Assembly (NCBI GenBank): GCA_951406725.2 | Contig: OX597832.1 | Span: 2,232,001 to 2,296,000 of the forward strand | Source: Octopus vulgaris | Lineage: Eukaryota | DNA length: 64,000 nucleotides | Direction: 5' to 3' | Part shown: positions 13,101 to 23,716 of the stretch, in pieces | How positions within the stretch are numbered: position 1 is the stretch's first letter | Layout: each line of letters opens with the position of its first letter | Made by a program: the position numbers and the translations under genes | Notes under the pieces: generated by a model | Seen by the model: only the letters and a program-made list of their open reading frames with translations | The model's database searches: none | What the model was told of the DNA's origin: nothing

Positions 13101-16100
13101 TCTACAAGACTGCCAGCAGTTTTAAGGAAAAGATTAATTATATACCAGACCCTAACCCCTCAAGAGAAAATGTCACTGGAAAGTGTTGTGGTTCACACCT
13201 CCCTTCTCTTTAAGTGTTAAAACTCATGTGGGTAAGATTTTCTTAAGCTTAGTAGACAAACACTCCCCTCATACAAATAGATAAAATATTTAACAGGCAC
13301 ACCCTGAGGGTTTCTTTTAATCATGCACGCAACGTAAAAAAGAGATTTTAGTAAGTAGGTCCACACCTGAGACAGAAGCAGGATGCTCATATAGGGCTAT
13401 CACAGCATGTCCACTTAACGGCCACTGTAATACAGAAACCATTGTATATGAGGCAGAGAAAACAGCAACTGAACCAAATGGGTAACCAAACATGCGAAAG
13501 TATGTGGGAGCAATTGATGGGCTCTTCAGAACCTGATACAACAACCACAAGTCCTCCTTCAACATCCTGGAGAGACAAAACGCCACAATGCTGGCCAAGC
13601 ATGTATGGTTGTTGAAAGAAAGCACCAGAGAGTACAACATAAAGTGGAGGATATTGAAGAAATGCAAAGCTTACTTCTATAGCAGCAGGTAATGCAGATT
13701 ATGCCTACCTGAGAAAAGAGCCATGAGAAAAGAGCCATAATAAAGAAAACCTAACATCCAGGCTTCTATCTGAACAGCAAAAGTAAAATTTTCAATCCTT
13801 GCCCACATGAACAAAAATACATTCTATCATACCTACAAGCACTATCATGACTATAATCTCCAGTTCCCCAAATTCGACTCTCCTACAATCCAATACCTGA
13901 GAATCCAGCAAAATGTTTGACCAGAACATACACAAATGCACTCACTGCACCTACACAACATAACACAACATAACACAGCAGACATTCACCCAATAAATCC
14001 TTTTTCCACCTCCCAGTATACACTCCTATACATATGGTACTCCTACACATACTCCATACCTACACAAATACTCCAAAGAATTCAACTAAAAGATAAACAA
14101 AGCATACACAGGGTTACATAATTGGACTGCTATTTAACACCCTGTTGAATCCCTGGTGCAAAATCAATTGGTAAGATCGGCTGTAATGGATATATAATAT
14201 TGTACACTTCAATTAACGCCTCCTCCTCCTCTATAATAAGACACCTGTTTCTGCCTTTCTGTGTCTCTGTCACTCTCTAACCTCTCATCTGACATAAGAT
14301 CCCCTCCTCCAATGCCTCCTCCCCTCTCAAAATTCCTTGTCTTACAAGTTCCTTGATAACCCTGCCAGTGCTGGTGTCATGTAACAAAGCATCCCATCTA
14401 CACTGTAAATTGGTTGGAATTTGGTAGGGCATCCAACAGTAAAAATCATACCAAAACTGACCTTGCCTGTCCTGGGGCCATGTAAAAAGCACTCAGTCCG
14501 GGCATCCAGCCATAAAAACCCTGCCAAAACAAGCACAGTAATCTGGGTGCCTCCTGTCAATCATCCTACCCATGCATGCATGGAAGATGAACATTAAACG
14601 ATGACGATGATGATATGATAGATAGATAGATACATACATACATACACACACAAACAACATTTATACATGTTTTTCCTACATAGACATGTACGTGTATATA
14701 TCCATTTCACACAACATATCTAGACATGAGCACAAATGCATCATATATAAAAAGAAGTACAGCCATCCATTAGAAGGTTGTGAGGGATGGGCAGTATTAA
14801 CATGGGAAATGACAATAACTTACTTATCTGATAACCATCATAATAATAGATGCTTCACAATTGTTCAATGCTAAATGAAGATTCCTAGAATATTTAGATA
14901 TTTATCAAGTAAAATGGCAACCACCTTAAACAGTAAACAATAACTTATTTCACACTATATACAGGAATAAACAACTTCACAACACAAACTACCATCATTC
15001 GCGAAGGCTGAGGGTTAGAATAAAATTATTGAAATTACATATCAAGAAAAAGAATGTAAGAACTTAACTTAGGAGTCTTTTATGCACATCTTGTCAAGAT
15101 ATATAAAACGGAATGCTTCTAGAAAGTCTCACCTTTCAGAATTTTCTGGTTGGATTACTTTAATATAAAGAACATCTACAGCTCCAGGATCATCATTCAT
15201 ATATTCCAAGCCAACAAGCTGACAGTGAAGGGGTTCATCTTTTAAAAGTGGCCTACAAATAATATTTGTTATAAATGGAAGATAAATTACAATTATGTAT
15301 TTAAAATACTTCTTTATTTACTAAATCAGATATTTAACAGCACCAGAGACATGCTTTGTGGCAAAAGAGACAACTCATGTCGCAGCATTAACAGAGACAT
15401 GTTTTGTCACATAGCAGCATAGACATGTCTTGTCATGTAGTAGCATTAACACAGATATGTCTTGTCATGCAGCAACATTAACTGACACATGTTTTGTCAA
15501 ATAGCAACATTACCAGAGACATGCTTTTTCATGTAGCAGTAACAGACATATTTGGTGGAGTGGCAACAGCATAGACATGTCTTGCTGTACAGCACAGTAC
15601 AGAGACATCAATACAGACTATGCTATATTTTAATATTATCCTGAAAGTTAAGGTGGCAAGCTTGCAGAATTGTTAGCACAGGCAAAATGCTTAGTGACAT
15701 TTCATCCACCTCCACATTCTGAGTGCAAATTCTACCAAGGCTGACTTTGCCTTCCATCCTTTCAGGGTCAATAAAATAATTACCAGTTGAACACTGGGAT
15801 AGATGTAATTGACTTGCCTCTCCTCCCAAGATTGCTGGCCTTGTGCCAAAATTTGAATCAATATTATCCTGGAAGTAAACCTATGAAATTAAGCACTTGC
15901 ACTAGTTGAAATATATTTACACATTGGGTTATCTATACAAATGACCTATTCAAACTCAAATTTATCTGAGAAGATTATGACTGAAAAGTTTCTGTATATC
16001 TTCCATTATCTAAAGATTTAAACACAACTAAGTCTTATAGGAAGCTGTAAATAAGTCAGACATAGTGATGAAGTAATTGTCAGTATAGACATAAAACCAT

Positions 16101-19100
16101 AAAATTCCATGTTCAAATGAAAGCATCATAATCCAAAGAAAAACTTCCTATTTCAATTGGCTACTGTCACAATCTGGTTTGGTTAGATACATTCCTAATT
16201 TAATTTGCTGCTAAAACAAATTAAGTTATTTCAAAGAAACCAGTAAAGCATTACCGAATTAAATTTTCATTGCATTTGTTCAGTAATTCTGTAGCTTTTT
16301 CAACCTCTGATTCACTTAGTAATACCAACGTTCCAATAGTTAAATGCAGCTTCTGATAATTTTGAAAGATCGATGCATCCAAACCCAAATCCTATAATGG
16401 AATTTAAAGTTGTTTTTTTTTTAACAATTCACAATCCTCAAATACATAACCAACACAAGAAAATTTATCAAAATTATTTTTATGAGTAATTTGACAACAT
16501 TATGTTAGATTTTATATTTGCAAGAATGTTTAGAATTTCAATGTTTGCTTAATTTAAAAAGTCATAAAACAATAAACAAGTGGTATATTTATCACAAAGT
16601 AAAAAAAGAAATTCTATTATCAAGGACTGATTCAACCAATAAAGGAAATACAGAAAAGAAAAGAATTGTGGAAACTTAAATAAACATTTATTTATTATAA
16701 ATACTAATGCATCTGAAAAGATGGAGACTTTCCCTTTCAATAATATCAGTTGTTTCCCATCTAAGGCAAAAATAATGATCTGGGAACCAACTCACAGGAA
16801 GACAAATTATAAACAATCTTCCAAAATCATGTCGTAATTGTTGATGTACATAGAACCTGATCATACAACTGGATATGTGGCATGTCCATTATCATTCCTA
16901 ACATAAATACATGTTATAGGTGATAGTGATGATGACAGGCCCTCACAAAATAAAAAGTTTTCGTTTTTACAGCCAGAATATTCATAAAACATTTGCAAGT
17001 GAGATACTTCAGTCATTTCAGCAGACAAAAAAAGTCATTCTTAATAGCAATAATTCATCACTGAGAACTGAGGATTTTTATTTTTTTAGAATGTAAAAAA
17101 TGGGCAATTTTCAGAAACTAATAAATTAAGAAAAGATTGTGAATGAAGGATATTAACTATCTTAACCCATTCGTTACCAAACCGCCCAAACCCGCCCGTA
17201 TTTACCTATTCATATTTAAATGAGAATATCAGAGCAAATCTCTTTAGTACATTCGTGAAAACACATATTATACTTCGTAAACAGTTCAACTACAGTTTTG
17301 TACAACAATCGAAGTGTAATTTTAATTCCGTGAATTTTGGGAGATTTTTTTCCGAAATTTGTTCCTATTGTGTTTTCAAAATTTGTAATTCTGACAAAAA
17401 ATGGATACGAATTTCATTATATCAAGCAGCGAGTCAGAATTCGAAGGATTTTCTACTGAAGACCTTCATAAATCTAACTCTATGACTGAAAAAAAAAGCA
17501 CGTGGTTTTGATAATGAATCTGATGTTTCATTTTCCGAAAGTGAAAACAGTGAATCCGAGAGCTCCGACAGCGATAAAGAAAATGAATTGGCACCTGAAA
17601 TGAGTGAAAATTTAAAAACTGTTTCTTTCAGTGATTTTTCTGAAGAAACTGGACCAAGCCACAGACTTTCCCAGAAGAGTAAAGCCTTAGACTATTTCTT
17701 TTTACTTTTTCGAATGAGCCTATTTGAAATCATTACAGCGGAAACGAACCGTTACGCTGAATGTAAACAAAGCAAAAGAAAGGATAGTTAGTGGTTTCCC
17801 ATAACCTTAAATGAAATTAAGACTATTTTGCCATAAATATTATTATGGGTATCAGAAAGTTACCCAGAATAACAAATTCTATTGTAAAATTTTGTTGTAT
17901 ACCCAATTGAATATTAGCTAATAACCCATTTTCTATAGTGATGTTTGAATAAAATTTTAATAATTTTATATTTTGTTGAATTTACTGTATCTACCTGCAA
18001 TTAGAGTCACTTTGTGACAAAAATTATAGTATAGAATTGGTTGAGAACATTTCATTAAATTATCTTCCAAAATTCACATTAATATATTGATAAATAAAAA
18101 GGTTATAGTTGTTTAATGAAACCAGACTAAATTTATGATTATGTTAGAAATTAATTGAAACACATAAGGGGTGTATTTTGGTCAGAAATATAGTAACGAA
18201 AGGGTTAATCAACTTATTAAGTCACTATTGTTCACAAACTCCAGGTTTTTAAAAAGTTTTGAGTAAATTTTAAGTAAATTTACCCCATCACATTCTCGAA
18301 GCACATCTTCTTTAAACTCCAAAACTTGATTGTGTATAGATTTGGCTGTGATTGGAATAGAGAGGAAGTGTGTGAAAGGTTGTTTCTGTCTTGCTGAAAT
18401 AACCAGTAATTCCAATCGGGTATATGCAGAAACCACACCTTTCTTGTCTCGACCCAAGATTACTAAAATATAACAAACAAACAAAAAAAAATCACAATTG
18501 TGACACATTATATATTTTACCTACTTTCAAAAAGATAATTGATAAAAATCATTAAAAGTATATCTATCAACAACTTATGTAACTTTCTCTATAATGCATT
18601 GTTCTATGCAGGCAAAATTGTCTTATCGAAAAAACTTTCATTATTTGCACATTCCTTCTAGAATTCACTCTCCACCACACTTGCCCATCATTAATAACTT
18701 ACCACAATTCAAACAGAAAATGAAATGTTGATTTAAGCATTTTAGCACAAACAACACAGTCATGAAATGAAACTGGTGCTTTTCTTATGTTCACTAAGAT
18801 TCATTTAACAATGTACACCCAAGAAATTATCATCAACATTATCATCATCCAAACTAGTGTATGTATGTGTATGTATATATGTATTTTCTTTTACTTGATG
18901 ACCTCACTAGTACTGGTGCCAGGAAAAAAAGCACCCAGTACACCCCATAAAGTGGTTGGCATCAGAAAGGGCATCCAGTCATAGAAACCATTTCCAAAGC
19001 AGACACAGTCGTTCTTGTTCATCAGTTCCAGCCTATGCCAGTCTGGAAAATAGACATTAGAAAATGATGATGATGTATGTATGTTTTGGGCTGCAAAAAT

Positions 19101-19399
19101 GAGAACAAATACTAAATGCATGTCGTTGCATTTATGTATTTGCAAATAGCTGATGATTCCCTGCATAGCTACATAGTTTCTTCTTACATGCGGCCATTCA
19201 TGTGCCAGGATGGCCTCACTTAAGTGGAAAAACTTTGAAGTAGAGACAGTGAGGATTATCAGTTGATTCCAAATTTATCCTTCTTACTTTTATTACGTTG
19301 TTTCTTTGTTATCAAGTATGACATAATTATGTCATATGGTGACATCAAGTACAACATTGTTATGTCATACAGCAATATCAACAACAGACACTGATAACA

Positions 19400-19445
<46 letters not shown>

Positions 19446-22400
19446 AATATGATGACAATTAAATTTATCATTAATGGGTTGTTGTGAGATTGCAGATAAT
19501 CATATTTAAAGAACAGTGGACTTGAAAACTATTTTTCTGGGCAGCAGTATATCATCATCAACATCATGAACATTTAACGTCCATTTTCCATGCTGGCATG
19601 GGTTAGAAAGCATGACAGGAACTGGCAAGGACAGAGGCCACACTAGACGCCATAGTCTGTTTTGGCTTGGTTTCTTCAACTTGATGCCCTTCCTAATGCC
19701 AGCCACTGCACAGAGTGTACCAGGTACATTTTATATGTCACCATCACGTGTGCTTCTATGTGGCACCAGCACCCACACTAATGCTTTTTACATGGCACCT
19801 TAGTTTTAGGATATCAATTCTGTTGTGATGGACAGGTCTTCTTGGGTCTCCCTCTTCCACAACTTCCCTCTACTTTCAACAAAAAAAAAAGAATTCTGAA
19901 GCCTTGAAAGTTAGAATTATCCCTGGGTATATTTTGAGTTCTAATTCTAAATATCCCATAAGTTTTATCCTACAGGTTCAAGTCCTAGAGATACAGAATA
20001 TTTCTTAATACTTTCTCCTATCCCCACATGCATTGCAATTAGAGATCCCCAAGTACATTTTATTCCAATTTCAATGAATTCTCATTTGATGTCATTTTTT
20101 TATAATTATTTTACAATAATTCCCAAGTGTCATGTTGTCAAAGTATGTATCAAAAATGGGAAAGTAATTAACTCATTATTAATCTATCAACTGAACAGAA
20201 ATTATGGCTTCATCTTAAAGAAGAAGCATGTACCATCTAGATGTCTTTAACTATATTCGTGACAATGAATGAATGTAGGAAATCTATTTCTCATTTTTTT
20301 AACAGAGCATAATCTGTTTAATTTTGAGTATTGCTTGGAGACTGAGATAAGTCATGGGTTTCTCAAACTGTTTGCATAATTAACAGAGAGTATTTGAGGC
20401 AATGAATGGCAATGGACTAATGAGAAGAGGAGATAACTGAAATCTGGTTTGCTAATGGTTTGGATGGAAACAAAAAATCAGTAAGATTGGTTCTGATTTT
20501 TGTATTGTCAACATCAAGAGGATCAATCAAAATAATCAAAGCAAATAGACATATCCTAATCAAGAATCAACCAGAAGAACTATCCTGCATCCAAATGAGA
20601 TATTTGTTTCAGCTTCCAGAACTCCTAAATGGCAATGATGAATTACTTATGTTTAATGATAAAGATTTTTTATTTATGGAATATGATTGATTTTCGAAGA
20701 ACTTCATCAAAATTCTGGAACCAAAGTTATTTCAACATATTTTTGCAAGTTGATCTCCAAGTTAGTCAGTTTTTTAGGATAAAGGTAAGAACATGTGTTC
20801 AAAGAAAAGAAACAATTATTTTAACCCATTTCTAATAAATATAATATTGCATATAACTTTTTTTTATGTTTTGGAATTTTCAGAAAATTTTTGTGAATTT
20901 GTATTCTACACATGAGAATCCAAATGATTGTGAAAAAATTGTGTGTGATTTAACTGTTATTTTTAGTACATCTAACGACCACCTGACACCTTCTTTGTAT
21001 CTTCGTCACAGGCATGTATTAATATTTTTCAATGTTTTTCTCCACATAAACACATTTAGTGGAATGATGATGCACACAAGGTTGGGATCTGAGCCTAAAA
21101 TTCAGACTATCCATATTTTAAACTCTGATTAAAAAAGAATACAACAAAGAGTCGAAATGAAAGTAGCAGGTATTGTGGCTTTTATTTTGGGGAATTTTCT
21201 GAAGATTTTTGTGAATTTGTGTTCTATGCATTAGAATTCATACACTTAATGAAAAAAAAAATTGTTTTAAAACCCCATAAATCCTAAAATTTCCTACTTC
21301 TTTCCAATTTTTTTTAAAAGTCAGAGTTTAAAATACAGACACTCGGGACTTCTGCTTAATGGACTGCTCTTGAACAATATCAATACATCATAGTGACAAA
21401 GAAACGAGGAAGGTATCAGATGGTTGTGTGATGTACTAAAAACAACAGCTAAATTGCCCAAATCACACACGAAAATTTTATTTGCATAATCTTTTGAATT
21501 CCCATGTGTAGAAGACAAATTCGCAAAAATTTTCTGAAAATTCAAAAAAATGGAAAAGTTACAAGGAGTTATATGAGGTGCTTAAATCAAAATTCTTCCC
21601 CTCTAACTAAGAAGAAATGCTGACAGTATTTCATTGAATATCTGTCTATTGGCTGTAATCTGTCACCATAGAATGAAGAGAAACCAATGTGTCTCATATG
21701 TATGGATGTACAGTCAAATGATAGCATGAAGCCAGCTCAGCTTAAAATCCATTCAGAGACCAAGCTCAAAGACAAGTAAAACAATCCAGTAGAATATTTT
21801 AGAAAACTGCAATGAATTCCAAACAAGAAAAATGGTGAATAAGTTATTTAGTAATCAATTGAGTAAAAATAATAATGGTTGACTGGCATCCCCCACCCCC
21901 CATCCCCATTGTTTAAATCCAGCCCTGTTGTGAGGCAATGAATCAAAGCAAACCAAGAAGTTATTGACTAAAAGTAAATACAGAATGATAGCAGTGCACT
22001 TTATTTGACTGTCACTGAGAAGTGACACACAAATGATACTAAGAATGACTGTTAAATTAGGAGAAAGTATGAGGAAAACCTTATATGGATCCAACAGTGG
22101 ACCAAACTACTGAGATCAACTGCAATATAGTAGAAATAACCATTAAGGATATGAAAGCAGGAAAAGCTGCTGAATTATAAGAGATAATCAAGCAGATGCT
22201 GAAAATATCTTCAATACCACTAATATCTCTATGCACTGCAAACTCAATGAAGTAGTTGAGGGAAGTGTCACTTCTAATGACTGACACAGAAGTATCAGCA
22301 TTAATACCTTACCACAGAAGCAAGAGATTTAGAAAAAAGTAACTATAGAGACATTAAACTGATGGACAATTATAGCAAATCATAGTGAGAATGAACCTAA

Positions 22401-23716
22401 ATGAGTTTGGCTTTGATCCAAGACATGGAAGCACTGACAGCCTCTTCTTAATAAGCAACTACAAGAGAAATTCTTAACCAAGAATAAATCATTATACTAA
22501 CGTTTGTTGCCTTGAAGAAGACCTTTGAAAGGGTACCATGCTCCATAGTCTGTTGGTCACTAAGAAAATTCAAGGCAGAGGAACGATTTGTAAGAGTTAT
22601 GCAAGCCATGTATATAAGTGCCGTTAGCAAGATAAGAGTTAACTATGATATTAATGAGGAATTTAACCTACAAATAGGGGTCCATCAAGGCTCAGTTTTC
22701 ATTCCTCTCCCTCCTGATTATAACAAGAAGTTGAAGACAGTCTTCCCAAAAGTATACTAACAATCTATTTCGCAAGAACAAATAAATTTTAAAATGAAAG
22801 GGAAAGTTCTTATGGAAGTAGACTAGAATCGAAAGGCCTAAAAGTCAATTTAGTGAATGAAGATGACCATTTTAGTTAGCAAAATAGAAAACAGAACACT
22901 ATTACCACAAAAATAGTCAAACAGAAATTGAATTTTTGTGTTACACAGACTTTACCCAGCATTCAATTCAGTTTTGGATATAGTCAAGATACATCATAAG
23001 ATATTCAGCAAAAAGAAACAGGTACTTAGATTGTTCCAATTAAAATGGAACAAAAATATATTGTTCGATTTAAGGCTTTATTAATTTAACAAGAGGAAAA
23101 CTTAGAAACAAATTTTGTTTCCTCACCAATATCTCCATCCTGACCTCTTGTAGGAATACGTATTTGGGTTCGTGTCTCATTCTCTATCCTTTTTTTTGTT
23201 TCTCCTTTCTTGCCAATAATGTATTTGAAATATTCACTTGCTATGGACATTTTCCCTTCAAATCCTTTTTCTGTTGCAACAACCTCAACATTGTCACAGC
23301 TTTCATCTTTTGCATATTCTGCATAATCCTCTGAAATTAAAAAAAAAAACTCATTTAAAATTTTTCACTCACAATGCTATTGTGGTTCTGTACAGATGGC
23401 ATCTTTATGCAATTAATTCCAGTTTGAACAAATGTTTTGTCTGTTTTTTGTACATAAACAAAGCTTTACAGTTGGTTATAATTGTAAGTTACGTAGTCTG
23501 TGTTATCTCCATTTCATAAGTCTACATTAGCATTGGTATTATTAGTTAGCAATTGGTTCCCTTTACAGAAAGTCTAGAAAATATTCTAGTAGGGAAGAAG
23601 AAAATGGTCTTACCAAATAACTCATCTTTAGCTTGTTTACTTTCAGTCTGTGAGGTTGGATACTTGCGATAAATTCTGTTGCCAATTTTCAATAAACTAG
23701 GCCTTAGAACCTCCAT
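6122..23716 (-). CDS. ASCC1: Activating signal cointegrator 1 complex subunit 1 (KH + 2H phosphoesterase), 7 coding exons, ~350 aa
   Basis: Manually spliced exons 23716-23614, 23330-23127, 18462-18284, 16391-16255, 15252-15133, 12154-11962, 6238-6122. All have GT-AG ends and compatible phases (1053 nt incl. TAA). N-terminus MEVLRPSLLKIGNRIYRK, KH GxxG loop IIGKKGETKKRIE, PFTHFLSIP, KLHLTIG, GLEYMNDDP, VKLHATIMNT, IHLSKRY match ASCC1. Confidence 0.96.
6990..7378 (+). mobile_element. tRNA-derived SINE (CORE-like) with appended tail
   Basis: A-box TGGCTGTGTGG, B-box GGTTCAGTCCC, then TCTTGGGCAAGT; nearly identical inverted copy at 45750-46143. Confidence 0.8.
7577..7628 (+). ncRNA. Variant minimal type I hammerhead-like motif
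   Basis: GTCT-CCGATGA-AGGGATAT..ATATCCTA-GAAA-CAGCTG-TA-AGAC: U4C core change, A.A mismatch at the base of stem II, palindromic stem III, GUA triplet; lies in a ~290-bp block between (TA)n tracts. Confidence 0.55.
7744..8440. repeat. Complex inverted/tandem repeat cluster next to the Helitron 3' end
   Basis: 7744-7830 is inverted relative to ~7997-8078; ~7870-7987 is inverted relative to ~8188-8297; 8008-8125 is repeated directly at ~8325-8440. Confidence 0.75.
8497..10800 (-). mobile_element. Decayed Helitron (Rep/PIF1-like helicase) with intact 3' terminus
   Basis: Rep motifs LFITFTCN, IEWQKRGLPHVHILL, IKYVCKYENKG; helicase motifs AGDFRQTLPV, LCNGTRL, FAMSINKAQGQSL over several frameshifted ORFs; 3' hairpin ACCTGG-n6-CCAGGT (8508-8525) then CTAG (8497-8500) next to (TA)n. 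Confidence 0.93.
10855..11340 (+). mobile_element. Abundant RTE-3'UTR-related repeat ending in (GAT)n
   Basis: Internal ggcacgtaaa..gcacc subrepeats, gtggttggcattaggaagggcatccagctgtagaaac, (GAT)n tail. Related copies in either orientation at ~183-530, 2745-3056, 12590-13040, 14340-14615, 18900-19075, 19550-19800, 24270-24700, 30350-30770, 36490-36680, 37085-37290, 43890-44553, 47448-47645. Confidence 0.8.
11962..12154 (-). CDS. ASCC1: ASCC1 coding exon 6 (second HxT motif)
   Basis: LEVLCNQLVEKFTVAGLMQKDYDRVKLHATIMNTLFR...SFDAKQILK|gtaagt. Confidence 0.95.
13200..14210 (+). mobile_element. Decayed Penelope-like element 3' part (GIY-YIG endonuclease)
   Basis: Broken reading CPLNGHCNTETIVYEAE..KYVG..YNNHKSSFN..NATMLAKHVWLLKE..YNIKWRILKKC..CRLCL, typical of Cys-rich PLE GIY-YIG domains. 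Confidence 0.75.
15133..15252 (-). CDS. ASCC1: ASCC1 coding exon 5
   Basis: PLLKDEPLHCQLVGLEYMNDDPGAVDVLYIKV; gtag|G ... AG|gtgaga. Confidence 0.95.
15345..15610. repeat. Diverged ~32-bp minisatellite in an ASCC1 intron
   Basis: Unit approx. cagagacatgttttgtcatgtagcagcattaa, ~8 copies. Confidence 0.8.
15650..15865 (+). mobile_element. SINE with conserved central domain
   Basis: gactttgccttccatcctttcagggtcaataaa..taccagt block; related minus-strand copy at ~54410-54540. Confidence 0.6.
16255..16391 (-). CDS. ASCC1: ASCC1 coding exon 4 (first HxT motif)
   Basis: DLGLDASIFQNYQKLHLTIGTLVLLSESEVEKATELL; tag|GAT ... CG|gtaa. Confidence 0.95.
17166..18204 (+). mobile_element. Internally deleted piggyBac element
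   Basis: TTAA on both sides; TIRs CCCATTCGTTAC / GTAACGAAAGGG; N-terminal transposase remnant from ATG 17401 (SESEFEGFS, acidic tract, ALDYFFLLF..IITAETNRYA, IIMGIRKLP); catalytic region absent. Confidence 0.88.
18284..18462 (-). CDS. ASCC1: ASCC1 coding exon 3
   Basis: ILGRDKKGVVSAYTRLELLVISARQKQPFTHFLSIP...ECDG; AG/GT boundaries; within ORF 18209..18508. Confidence 0.95.
20210..20810 (+). mobile_element. Highly decayed DNA-transposase relic (probably Chapaev3-like)
   Basis: Fragments LLGD*DKSWVSQTVC, LKSGLLMVWMETKN, FCIVNIKRIN, YPNQESTRRTILH resemble a motif series recalled from memory (LGDQDKSWAPH/FGVPMVWREP/YPNL.SA.RP); family assignment not verified. Confidence 0.5.
20865..21550. repeat. 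Diverged ~170-bp inverted repeat pair (foldback/MITE-like)
   Basis: ~20865-21032 is a diverged reverse complement of ~21370-21548; ORFs 20866(+) and 21321(-) give similar translations; a third partial arm at ~21188-21245. Confidence 0.7.
21605..21845 (+). mobile_element. hAT (Charlie/Buster-like) transposase N-terminal relic
   Basis: EYLSIG..KPMCLICMDVQSNDSMKPAQLKIHSETK resembles the BED-finger region of Buster-type hATs. Confidence 0.65.
21990..22910 (+). mobile_element. RTE LINE fragment
   Basis: NYRDIKLM, FGFDP..GSTD, KKTFERVP, IGVHQGSV. Confidence 0.75.
23127..23330 (-). CDS. ASCC1: ASCC1 coding exon 2 (KH domain)
   Basis: ttcag|AG...ATTG|gtgagg; EYFKYIIGKKGETKKRIENETRTQIRIP. Confidence 0.95.
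23614..23716 (-). CDS. ASCC1: ASCC1 first coding exon
   Basis: tag|tATG GAG GTT CTA AGG; MEVLRPSLLKIGNRIYRKYPTSQTESKQAKDELF; donor G|GTAAGA. An acceptor 1 nt before the ATG implies an upstream non-coding exon. Confidence 0.93.

Noticed and set aside
14142-14176. CTGTTGA...AAAA-TCAATTGG-TA downstream of the GIY-YIG relic
   Set aside because: Position fits a PLE hammerhead, but the core has two substitutions and stems I/II do not pair convincingly.
15345-15610. ~32-bp periodic repeat resembling a CRISPR array
   Set aside because: Units are contiguous and diverged with no unique spacers; eukaryotic intron; no cas genes.
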